A DNA stretch of 64,000 bases from NCBI RefSeq assembly GCF_009914755.1, contig NC_060940.1; one strand, written 5' to 3'. The position numbers and the translations under genes are program-made. This stretch comes from the human T2T-CHM13v2.0 reference genome, Homo sapiens. Below are positions 14,306 to 26,058 of the stretch, piece by piece; the stretch's first letter is position 1; each line of letters begins with the position of its first letter. Below the pieces are notes generated by a model. It ran no database searches, was not told the DNA's origin, and saw only the letters and a program-made list of their open reading frames with translations.

Positions 14306-14799
14306 TGCGGGGGTCTGTCCTGCAGACCCTGACTCAATGATGGATGAATAAAGTACACTAACACACAGATATTCTGTTTTGCCAGTTTGACTGAGCATCC
14401 AGGCCACTTAAAAACTCCTAGGAGAGTGCTGTGAACAGTTGTAACCATGGCCCTGACCAGCCAGTGAGACTCACATTTATCCAGTAAAGACTAATTGACA
14501 AAGGCGTGAGTCAACACCACTAGACGGTAATTGACATTGTGGACTTCCTGAGTAGAAAGCAATTAAGCACCCACAGTAGATCAAAGGTTAGTCTTAGAAC
14601 CACATGAGTAAACAAGCTAGATAAATAACTTCCCCACATTCCTTTGTTTCTACTCTAATTTACTTAACTAAACGTAAGGGGACTAGGCTGCCTTCAGCCA
14701 GATTTATTACTGAAGATATGCAAACTCTCAGGCCTTCCAAGAGGGTTTGTGGCTATTACAGCTAAAAATTTTTCCCATCAGCCTGACTGAACCCCTACA
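14306..14799 (-). mobile_element. 5' LTR22 of the HML-5 provirus
   Basis: Minus strand TGTAGGGGTTCAGTCAGG...GACCCCCGCA; colinear with, but clearly diverged from, 8018-8510. Confidence 0.88.
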
Positions 14800-14879
14800 C
14801 TCCCATAATTCTCACGTGTTGTGATGTTGTATGTTCATGTGATGTGCATGTGTATGTGCATGTGATGTTGTATGTTCAT

Positions 14880-15345
14880 CATGTGTTCATCACAGCACAA
14901 TTCACAATTGTAAAGATATGGAGTTAATCTAAGTGCCCATCAACCGATGAGTGGATTAAAAAATATGGTATACATATACTATGAAATACCTTGCAGCCAT
15001 AAAAAAGAAAAAAATAACATCTTTTGCAGCAACTTGGATGGATCTGGAGGTAGTTATTCTAAGTGGAGTAATTCAGAAATAGAAAACCAAATATTGCATG
15101 TTCTCACTTATAAGTGAGAACTAAGCTATGAGTACACAAAGGCACACGGGGTAGAATCATGGACACTGGAGATTCAGAAGGCAGGAAGGCTGGAGAGGAT
15201 AATGGGGTGAGGTTTTTCGTGTACCACCATTTAGGCTATGGCTACACTAAAAACCCAGACTTTGCCACTATACAATTTAACCACATGAGCCAAAAACCAC
15301 TTGTACCTCTAAAGCTATTGAAATGAATTTTAAAAAATAAAACAG
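14880..15345 (+). mobile_element. L1PB-like LINE 3' end
   Basis: 'cttttgcagcaacttggatgga', 'ctaagctatgagtac', 'aaaaccacttgtacctctaaagctattgaaat' plus an A-rich tail. Confidence 0.75.
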
Positions 15346-16087
15346 GAAGAAAAGAGAATAATTTTGAATGTGAAAGAATCTTGTGTGGTTAATTTTTTAT
15401 CTTGAAGTAAAATAATGGGTTACTTAAGGAAGAGGAAGTATAGGACAGGCAGAAAGTCTAAGCGTTTCATAAATGGTCTGTGTACATTGTGATAAAGTTC
15501 ATAAAAAGAGAATTTATGAGAAAAAAATTGCGTGTGTGATCAAGTTGACTAAAATTAAAAGTGAGTTATTTAAAATAGTCCTTCTAAAGCTTGAGCTTTG
15601 ATATTAAAAATAGACTAATTACAATCTAAAAAATTTGGCCCCCTTTGTTAGAGGAAAGTGTTTTGTAAAGCATTGATTTGCTTTTAGCAAAAATGCAAGA
15701 GTAAAAATGATTTCTAATTCAAATTTGTTTCTCTAACACCTATGTTATATGCTACAGACAGTTTCTATTTGTGCCACATTTCTTCCTGAAATCTAATTAG
15801 GTTTCCTAGTTTTAAAAAGGAGAGTCTATAAAGTCCTACAATCAAAGCTAAACATAGCCCTTGATGTTTAGGTGCTCACTTGGGTCTCTTCCAAATGAAT
15901 TTTCCTTTTCTTCCTAATCTAAATCCTTTTTAAATAAATATTCACTCCAGCCTGAAACTCACCTTGGTCTCTTCTTCTGACTTATAATCCTCAGTAGAAT
16001 CCTTTCTTCTGAGGAGGCAAGAATTGAAGGTGCTGCAGTTGTGTACGAAAGCATCAGCAGTTACTCAGATACCTTCCAATGATAACA
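15345..16087 (+). mobile_element. MER4-group ERV1 internal fragment and LTR (MER50-like) fragment
   Basis: A-rich MER4-int-like sequence, then an LTR 3' part 'aataaa...tctgaggaggcaagaattga...gctgcag...taaca'. Confidence 0.5.
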
Positions 16088-16382
16088 TACCCAAGGTGGT
16101 TGGGTGCAGCTTGGTTTTATACATTTTAGAGAGGCAGGAGATTTCAATCAAATTCCTTCAAGAAATCATTTGTTTGGTCCAGAAAAGTGATATAACTTGA
16201 AGCAGGGGCTTCCAGCTTATAGGTAGATTTAAAGATTTTCAAAATGACGATTGGTTGAGTTTATTTAAAGACCTGGAATAAACAAAAAGGAATGTCTGCA
16301 TTAACATAAAGAATTGTGAGACCAAAGTTCTTATTTGTAGAGGAAGCCTTCAGGTACTAGGCTTCAGAGAAGATAGGTTGTT
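16088..16382 (-). mobile_element. MER4 (A/B-like) LTR fragment
   Basis: 'cccaaggtggttgggtgcagcttggttttatacattttag...ggggcttccagcttataggtagatttaaa' matches the recalled antisense MER4 consensus. Confidence 0.7.
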
Positions 16383-16385
16383 GAC

Positions 16386-19300
16386 GGCCTCTAAGCCGCC
16401 CTCTCAACCTCATCTGCTCCCGTGGGATGAGAGTTCCAGGTGTGAGACCTCTGCTTCACCTTGGACTTGACTTTGTCATGATTCTTGCCTTTCCCACACA
16501 GACGTGCTGAGAAGCAGGATCCCCTGGGAGGCGCAGAATGAAGGGAGGCAGTGAGATCAAGGGCCCGGCAATCTTCCGTTGACACCATGCTCGGGGCCTC
16601 AGCTATGAATCCATTACACAGAGACACTTCAAAAACTCACCAGACTGTATCCCGAGACCCATGAGACCCGATGCCTGCACACAGCCTTTTTCCCGAAAGG
16701 AATCAGAAGAGCAGTATCCAGCGCCCAACTCACAGTCCAAGCGCCTCCTCCTCCAGTGGGACCCGACCACGGAGTATGCCCGAGGAGGAGCTATGGTCGA
16801 GAGTATTAAGGTCCTCCAGTGCTTGTCTCAAGCAGTATTTTTCCTAAGACCAGGCCATCTCTGCCACCACCATTTTCTTCTGCTTAGGCAGGTTGACAGC
16901 CTTGACAGCCAGGCGCCCGAGCCTGCCTCGCGAATGCGCATGCGCCAGTCACAGGGCGTCAGGCGCAAGCAGAGAGCTACTGCTCGCTTCACAATGAAAG
17001 CCACTGTTGCCTGGCGACGGGTCCCTGCGGCTTGGCGGAGCAGGAGACCTCTGTGGAAGTGCATCGTGTTGCACTTTAGCCTGTTTTCTCTGGGGGATCC
17101 ACGGGATAGTCCCACGATCCTAGGAATTGGCAGGGCCGAGCCAGCCTGAAGAAAGGTCAAGCGGAGACACAAGGATACGCTGCGAAATTTCTAAGGATCC
17201 AAAAGGATTCGCAGGATGCCTCAGGCCTGCCTAGATGGTGTAGGGGTGAGTCTCCTTGAAAGGTAACCCTCTATGATTTCTAGGTACAGCCCACCTGTGT
17301 TCCCCAGGGCTGCTCTCTCCCCAGAGGTCCTTTCTGGCAGACCAGAAACGCACAGCCTCAGAAGCAGTCGGGCTGTGTGTTTCTATGGGAGTGTTGCAAG
17401 TGTCGGATGTCTGGGTGTGTGTGTGTGGCTGAGTGTGTGTGTGTGTGGGTGTGTCTGTGTGTCTGTGAGTGCATGTAAATGGAGTCTGCTGAAAGGAATG
17501 TGGCTCATGCGCAGGAGTGTTTTTTCTTTTGAGTCAGCTGACCTTCTGCTGTGCCTCTCTTTGTGGCTCCACCTGGGCTGTGGAGCTGCTGTCCTTTGTT
17601 TTCCCTGTGGCTCCTGAATCCATGGTAAAGTTGGGGAGCTGGCTGAAACGTGCACGGGTCCAAATCACCTTCCCCTGCAAAGGAGCCACTTTTCTAGAAA
17701 GAAGGAGAGCATGCCACACTCATGAGCAGATACCTCTCGGGACCTCATTGTCCTGTGGGCAAACCAGGACCGACGCTAGCAGTCCTGTCCACAGGTACCC
17801 TTGAATCCACTTCAAATTAGGCTCCCAGCAGAGCAGGTGCCTCATGGTGTGAGGCAGGCACTCCTCCATCATCTTGGGATTTCATTCCGGATACAGAGTG
17901 TTAGCAGCAATAAGGTCAGAGATGGGGGAGAATAGAATCTGGTAAGGAGTGGATGGGGTTCCACAACTTCAGCTGCAGGAGAAGTGCAGAAAGGTGACAA
18001 GAAGGTGCTTCCAACTTTATTCCCGCATTTCTTTCATTGCACAAGTTTTCCACACCATGGTCTCCTGCCAAGGAAAAAGCACTCCAATGTGTGGGGATGC
18101 ATTGGGGTGCAAACTGTGGATATTCTGGCCAGCTCCCACTTTGGGCTTTCATTCCCGGAGCCACATGGAAGTGGGAGGGATTGATGCTGCGTGGGCTAAG
18201 GTCCCCACCCATGGGCTTTTCTTTTCTTGACTGCCATGTTCTTCATGGGCCTAAGGTTTCCTAGGTCTGGCTCAGACTTCCACAGTAAACGTTTCCCAGT
18301 TCACAGAGGATGATCTTCAGGGGGATCCACTGCATGATTGTTTCTTTGCAAACACTGTCACATTTTAATGACTGGGCAGCTGTGATACATTTGGAACCAT
18401 GGATTCCTGTTATATCCACCAAGAAGGGAACTCTTGTTCTCCCTCTTCTATCAGAGGGCTGCATGATTCCTTCAGGATGAGAAGCAGCCAGATGTGTCTG
18501 GCTTTTACTTGGTAATCTAGGCTATGTTTTCCTTCATCGGCACATCCTTTCTCATTGTGGAGGGGGTCTTTCTTTGGGCTCTTGCTGGGTGGGACTGCCT
18601 CTCACCATGGATCTTCTTGGCTGCCAGGGATTTCAGAGAGCAAAAGGTACTTCGAGTAGGCTGGCTGCAGGCCAGGTTGTGGGTAGTTGTCTTGTTGTGG
18701 GGGCTGAGGTGGTTTGCACTCTGCAGGAGGCTCTTGTGTCCTTTGGCATGAATCCCTGAACACGGCTTGGATTCCAGCACAGGCCTGTCATGAACCCAGG
18801 TGAGCCTTGATTTCTCTTTGCTTTCACAGTGCCCCTCCACAGTATTCCTGGACACCCTCTTCAGCTTGCAATTGCCCCAGATGGCCTCTAAGACACTCTC
18901 TCAACCTCATCTGCCCCAGTGAGAATCGAGTCCCAAGTGTGAGACCTCTGCTCCACCTTGGACTTGCCTTTGTCATGGTTCCTGCCTTTCCCAGATAGCT
19001 GTGTTGAGAAACAGGAGCCCCTGGGTGGCCCAGGATAAAGGGAGGCAGTGAGCTCAAGGGCCTGGTAATCTTCCGCTGACATGCACCTCTGGGATCTCAG
19101 GTATGATTCCAACTCCCGGAGACCCCTCAACAACTCACCAGGCTGTATCCCCATCCCCATGGGACCCGATTCCTGCACACAGACTCTTTCGAGAATGAAA
19201 ACAGAAGAGAGTTTCCAACGCCCACTTCACAGTCTCGAAGCGACTTTTCCTCAAGGGGACCCGACCACGGAGTTCCACTCTAGCATCATAGTGCACTCGA

Positions 19301-22300
19301 AGAGGCACTATGATGGAGACATTTATGTTCCCGCATTTGGTGTTGCAAGCAGCTTTTTTTTTTTTTTGAGAGCAGGCCGACTCTGCCTCCACTATTTTCC
19401 TCTGCTTAGGCAGGCTGACAGCCCTGAAAGCCGGGTGCCCGAGCCTGCCTCACGAATGCGCATGCGCCAGTCTCTGGGCACAGGTGAGAGTGGTGAGCCC
19501 TGGCTTGCGACACAGTGAATGCCACCATTGCCTGGCAATGGGTCCCTGTGGCTTGGCAGAGCAGGAGACCTCTGTGGAGGTACATCAGCGTTGGGCTCTC
19601 GTCTGTCTTCTCTTGGTGATCCCCACAGGATAGTCCCACGATCCTAGGAGTGGACAGGGACATGCCAACCTGAAGAAACGTCAAGTGGAGCCCTAGGGAT
19701 GCAACTCAAAATCCCTAAGGAACCAAACGGATCCACAGGATGCATCAGGCCTGCCTAGACGGTGTGGGGGTGAGCCTACTTGAAAGTTGCCTTCCTGTGA
19801 TTTCTAGGTACAGCCCACATGTGTTCCCTGAGTCTGCTCTGTCCACGGAGGGGCTCCCTGGTGTAGCAGAACCGCGCAGCCTCAGAAGCTGCTGGGTTGC
19901 GTGCTTCTGTGGGAGTGTTGCTGTGTTGGCTGTCTGCGTACGTGTGGCCGTTTGTGTCTGTGTGTCTGTGTGCGCGTGTAGGTGGAGTCTGCTGAAAGAA
20001 ATGTGGCTCACACACCGGAGTGCTTTTTCTTTTGAATCAGACGACCTTTTGTTGTGCCTCTCTGTGTCGCTCTGCTTGGGCTGCGGGGCTGCATGTCCTT
20101 TAACTTCCCTGTGGTTTCTGGATTTGCGGTGAAGTGGGGAGCTGGCTGAGACATGCAGGGGTCCAAATCGCCTCCACCTGCAAAGAAGCCCCTTCTCTAG
20201 AAGGAAGAGAAGCATGCCACACCCATGAACAGACACCTCCTAGGTCCTCATCCTGCGGGCAACCCAGGGCCAGACCCTAGCAGTCCTGTTTGCAGGGTCC
20301 CTTGAATTCACTCCGAATTTGGTTCTCAACAGACCAGGTGCCTCACATCGGGAGGCGGGCACTTCTCCGTCAGCTTGGGATTTCATTCCGGGACGGAGAG
20401 TGTGAGCAGCAATAAGATCAGAGCGGGTGAGGATATAATCTGGTGAGTTGTGGATGGAGTCCCGCAACTTCACCTGCTGGAGAGGTGCAGACAAATGACA
20501 CAGAAGGTGCTTTCAACTTTATCCCTGCATTTCTATCATTGCACAAGCTTTCCACACCATGGCCCACTGCTGAGAAAAAGGGACTTTAACGTATGGGAAA
20601 CCATTGGGGCCCAAACTGTGGCCATTCTGGCCAGCTCCCTCTTTGTGCTTTTATTCCCAGAGTCACATGGGAGTGGGATAGATTGATGCTAGGTGGGCTA
20701 TGGCCTTCACTCTGGCTTTTTTTTTTTTTTTCCTGACTTCCAAGTTTCTCATGGCCTAGGGTTTCCTAGGTCTGGCTCACAGTCTTCCACAGTAAACGTT
20801 CCCCAGTTCACAGAGGATGACCCTCAGGGCGATCCATTGCATGAGTCTTTCTTTCTAAACAGTGTCATGTTTTAATGACTGGGCAGCTGTGATACTTTTG
20901 GAACCATAGATTCCTGTTATATCAGCCAAGAAGGAAATTCTTGTTTTCCCTCTTCTATCTGAGGGCTGCATGATTCCTGTAGGGTGAGAAGCAGACAGAC
21001 GTGTCTGGCTTTGCCTTGTAATCTGTTTCATTTTATCTGCACATTTCTTCTTATTGTGGAGGGTTTGTTTCATTGGGTGGTTTCTGGGTGGGACTGCCTC
21101 TTACCACGGATTTTCTAGGCTGCCAGGGATTTCAGGGAGTAAAAGGGACTTCAGGTAGGCTGGCTGCAGGCTAGGTTCTGGGCTGTGGTCTCATTGTGGG
21201 GGCTGGGGAGCTTTGCACTTTTCAGGAGGCTCTTGTGTATTCTGGCAGGAATCCCTGAATATGGCTTGGACTCCAGTACAGGCCCTGTCCTGCTCCCGGG
21301 TGAGCTTTGACTTCCTGTTGCTTTCATTGGGGGGTACACAGTACCCCTCCACAGCACTCCTGGACACCCTTTTCAGGCTTTCAATAGCCCCATATGGTCT
21401 CTGAGACACTCAACCTCATCTGCCCCAGTGAGATTTCAGTTCCAGGTGTGAGACCCCTGCTCCACCTTGGACTTGCCTTTGTCATTGTTTCTCTCTTTCC
21501 CAGACAGCCATGCTGAGAAGCAGGAGCCCCTGGGAGACAAAGGATGAAGGGAGGTAGTGAGATCAATGGCCCAACAATCTTGGGCTGACACACACCTCTG
21601 GGGTCTCAGGTATGATTCCAAATCTCAGAGACCCCACCAGACTGTATCCCCATCCGCATGGGATACGATTCCTGCACACAGCCTCCTTCAGGAATGGAAT
21701 CAAAAGAGCAGTTTCCAGTGCCCACCTCACAGTCTCCAAGCAACTATTCCTCTGGCGGGACCTGGTCAAGGAGTTAGCCCGAGGAGGCCCTATGGTCAAG
21801 ACATTTAGGGTCCCACATTGGTTGTTGCAGGCAGCCTTTTTCTCAAGACCAGGCCAGTCTGCCTCCACTATTTTCCTCTGCTTAGGCAGCCTGACAGCCC
21901 TGAAAGACAAGAGCCCAAGCCTGTCTCACAAATGCACATGTGCCACTCTCTGGGCACCAGGGATGAGTGGTAAGCCAGGGCTCACCTCACAGTGAACACC
22001 ACTGTTGCCTGGCAATGGGTCCCTGTGGCTTGGTGGAGCAGGAAACCTCTGTGGACATGCGACGGCATTGGACTCTCTCCTGTCTTCTCTAGGGAATCCA
22101 CAGAATAGTCCCAGGATTCTAGGAGTGGGCAGGGCCGAGCCAGTCTGAAGACACATCAAAAGGAGCCACAGGGATGCACAGCAAAATCACTAAGGATCCA
22201 AAAGCATCCTCAGGATACATCAGGCCTGCCTAGACAGTGTGGGGGTATGTCTCATTAAAAGGTACCCCCCTGTGATTTATAAGTCCTGTCTGCAGGGCCC

Positions 22301-25300
22301 CTTGAAAATACTTAAAATACTTCAAATTTGGTTTGCAGCAGAGCAGGTACCTCACGTCAGGAGGCAGGCAGTGCTCCATCATCTTGGGATTTCATTCCAG
22401 GATTGAGAGTGTGAGCAGGAATAATGTCAGAGAGGGGTGAGGATACAAATAAAATCTGGTAAGGAGTGGATGAAGTTTCATCACTTCACCTGCAGGAGAT
22501 GTGCAGACAGATGACGAGAAGTTTGTTCCAATGTTATCCCCGCATTTTCTTCATTGCACAAGTTTTCCACACCATGGCCTGCTGCCGAGGAAAAAGGACT
22601 ACAATATGAGGGGTACCACTGGAGTGCAAACTGTGGCCATTCTGGCCAGCTCCTACTTTGGGCTTTTATTCCTGGAGCCACACAGGAGTGAGATGGTTTG
22701 ATGCTCGGTGGGCTGTGGCCTCCACTGTGGGCTTTTCTTTTCCTGACTGCCATGTTCCTCTTGGGCCTAAGATTTCCTCAGTTTGGCTCAAAGTCTTCCG
22801 TAGTAAATCTTTCCCAGTTCACAGAGGACAATCCTTAGGGGGATCCATTGCATGAGTGTTTCTTTGTAAACACTGTCATGTGTTAATAACTGGGCAGCTG
22901 TGATACTTTTGGAACCATGAATTTCCATTATATCCACTAAGAAGGGAACTCTTGTTCTCCCTCTTCTATCGGAGAGCTGCATGATTCCTGTAGGATGAGA
23001 AGCAGTCAGATGTGTCTGGCTTTTGCCTGGTGATCTAGGATCTGTTTCCTTTCATCTGCACATCCATTATCATTGTGGAGGGGGCCTTTCATTGGGCTGT
23101 TGATAGCTGGGACTGCCTCTCCCCACAGATCTTCTTGGCTGCCAGGGATTTCAGAGAGCAAAAGGGACTTCGGGTAGGCTGGCTGCAGGCAAGGTTGTGG
23201 GTAGTTGTTTTGTTGTGGGGGCTAGGGTGCTTTGTACTTTGCAGGAGGCTCTTGTATTCTCTGGCAGGAATCCCTGAATATGGCTTGGACTCCAGCACAG
23301 GCCCTCTTGTGCTCCCAGGTGAGGCTTGATTTCCCTTTGCTTTCATAGAAGGTCCTTAGTGCCCCTCCACAGCACTCCTACACAACCTTTTCAGGCTTGC
23401 AATCACCCCAGACCCTCTAAGATACTCTCTCAACCTCATCTGCCCCAGTGAGAATCCAGTTCCAAGTGTGAGACCTCTGCTCCACCTTGGACTTGCCTTT
23501 GTCGTGGTTTCCACCTTTTCAAGACAGCCGTGCTGAGAAGCAGGAGCTTCTGGGAGGCCCAGAATGAAGGGAGGCAGTGAGCTCAAGGACCCAGCAATCT
23601 TCTGTTGCTACACTCCTCTGGGGGTCAGGTATGATTGCAACTCCCAGAGACCCCTCAACAACTCACCAGACTGCATCCCCATCCCCATGGGACACGATTC
23701 CTGCACACAGCCTCTTTCGGGAATGGAATCAGAACAGCAGTTTCCAGTGCTCATCTCATAGTCTTGAGGAGGCTCCTCCTCCCGCGGGACCCAACCGCAG
23801 AGTTGGCCCAAGGAGGACCTATAGCCTAGACATTTAGGGCCCTGAATTGGTTGTCACAGGCAGCCTTTTTCCCGAGACCAGGCCGGCTCTGCCTCCACCA
23901 TTTTTATCTGCTTAGGAAGGCTGACAGCCCTGACAGCCAGGCGCCAGAGCCTGCCTCTCAAATGCCTACGTACCAGTCTCTGGGCACCAGGCACGAGCAG
24001 TGAGCCATGGCTTGCATCACAGTGAACGCCACCTTTGCCTGGTGATGGGTCCCTGTGGCTTGGCGGAACAGGAGACCTCTGTGGACATGTATCAGCATTG
24101 GACTCTCGCCTGTTCTCCCCAGTGGATTCACGGGATAGTCCCAGGATCCTAAGAGTGGGCAGGACCAAGCCAGCCTGAAGAAAAGTCAATTGGAGCCCCA
24201 GGGATGAACTGCGAAATCCGTAAAGATCCAAAGGGATCTGTAGGATGCATCAGTCCTCCCTAGACGGTGTGGGGGTGAGTCTCCTTGAAAGGTGCCCCCC
24301 TGTGATTTCTAGGTCCAGCCTGCTTGTGTTTCCCATGGCTGCTTTCTCTCCGGAAAGGCTTCCTGGCAGGGCAAAGCCATGCAGCCTCAGAAGCTGCTGG
24401 GCTGTGTGTTTCTGTGGGAGTGTTGCGAGTGTTAGATATCTGGGTTTGTGTGTGTGGCTGTGTGTGTGTGTTTGTTGTGTCTGTGTGTCTGTGTTTGCGT
24501 GCAAGTGGAGTCTGCTGAAAGGAATGTGGCTCATGCACAGGAGGGCTTTTTCCTTCTAGTCAGCTGACCTTTTTTGCACCTATGTGTGGCTCCACTTGGG
24601 CTGCAGGGCTGCGTGTCCTTTTGTTTTCTCCGTGGTTCCTGAATCTGCAGTGAAGTAGGGTGGCTGACTGAGACAGGCAGCAGTCCAAATCACCTCCCCC
24701 TGCAAAGAAGCAACTTTTCTGGAAAGATGAGGAGCACACCACACCCAGGAAGAGAAATCTCCCATTGCCTCATTGTCCTGTGGCAACTCAGGGCTGGACC
24801 ATAACAGTCCTGTCCGTAGGGCCTTTTGAATCCACTTGAATTTGATTCCCAGCAGAGCAGATGCCTCACAGCGTGAGGCGGGCATGCTTCCATCGTCTTG
24901 GCATTTCATTTTGGGGCAGAGAGTGTGAGCAGCAACAAGATCAGAGAGGGCTGAGGATACAGTCTTGTGAGGTGTGGATGCAGTCCTGCAACTTCACCTT
25001 CAGGAGAAGTGCATACAGATCATGCAGAAGGTACCTCCAAGTTTATCTCCACTTTTCTTTCATTGCACAAGCTTTCCACACCATATCCCGCTGCCAAGGA
25101 AAAAGAACTCCAATGTGCAAGGAACCGCTGGGGCACAAACTGTGGCCATTCTGGCCAGCTCCCGGTTTGGGCTTTCTTCCCCAGAACCACATGGGTGTGG
25201 GATGGATTGTTGTTGGGTAGGCTGTGGCCTCCACTCTGGCCTTTTATTTTCCTGACTTCCATGTTCCTTGTTGGTTTTGGGTTTCCTGGGCCTGGTTCAA

Positions 25301-26058
25301 AGACTTACACAGTAAACATCTCCTACATCATGGAAGATGACCGTCATGGGGATTCACTGCATGAGTGTTTCTTTCTAAACACTGTCATGTTTTAATGACT
25401 GGGCAACTGTGATACTTTTGGAACCATGGATTCCTGTTATATCCGCCAAGAAGCAAACTCTTGTTCTCCCTCTTCTGTCAGAAGGCTGCATGATTCCTGG
25501 AGAATGAGGAGCAGCCAGACATGTCTGGTTTTTGCCTGGTAATCTAGGCTCTGTTTCCTTTCATGTGCATGTCCTTTCTCATTGAGAAGGGAGTCTTATT
25601 TGGGCTGTTGCTGGGTCGGACTGCCTCTTGCCACGGGCCTTCTTGGCTGCCAGGGATTTTAGGGAGCAAAAGAGACTTTGGGTAGGCTGGCTACAGGCCA
25701 GGTTGTGGGTAGTGATCTCATTGTGGGGGCTGCGCTGGTTTGCATTTTTCAGGAGGCTCTTGTGTCCTCTGGCAAGAATCCCTGAACATGGCTTGGACTC
25801 CAGTGTGGGCCCTCTAGTGCTCCCAGGTGAGGCTTGATTTCCCTTTGCTTTCATGTGAAGTTCTTAGTGCGCCTCCACAACACTCCTGGACACCTTTTTA
25901 GGCTTGCAATCCCCCCAGATGGACACTGAGACACTCTCAACCTCACATGCCCCTGTGAGAATCCAGATCCAGGTGTGAGTCCTCTGCTGTGCCTTGGACT
26001 TGCCTTTGGGGTGTTTCCTGCTTTTCCCAGACAGCCATACTGAGAAGGAGCAGCAGGA
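16386..26058. repeat. SST1/NBL2 (MER22)-like macrosatellite, about 4 diverged units starting at ~16386, 18883, 21396, 23412, plus a stub at 25921
   Basis: Landmarks recur at about 2497/2513/2016/2509 bp spacing ('ctctcaacctcatctgcccc', 'ttaatgactgggcagctgtgatac', 'ggtaggctggctgcagg', an internal (TG)n-rich tract). The family name rests on recalled similarity and pericentromeric context. Confidence 0.75.

Noticed and set aside
16391-25900. Recurrent similar ORFs (e.g. MKAKGNQASPGSTRGP..., MISRYSPPVFP...) as a tandem gene family
   Set aside because: Frames, starts and stops differ among units, indels are not multiples of three, and no domain is recognisable; they reflect the macrosatellite.
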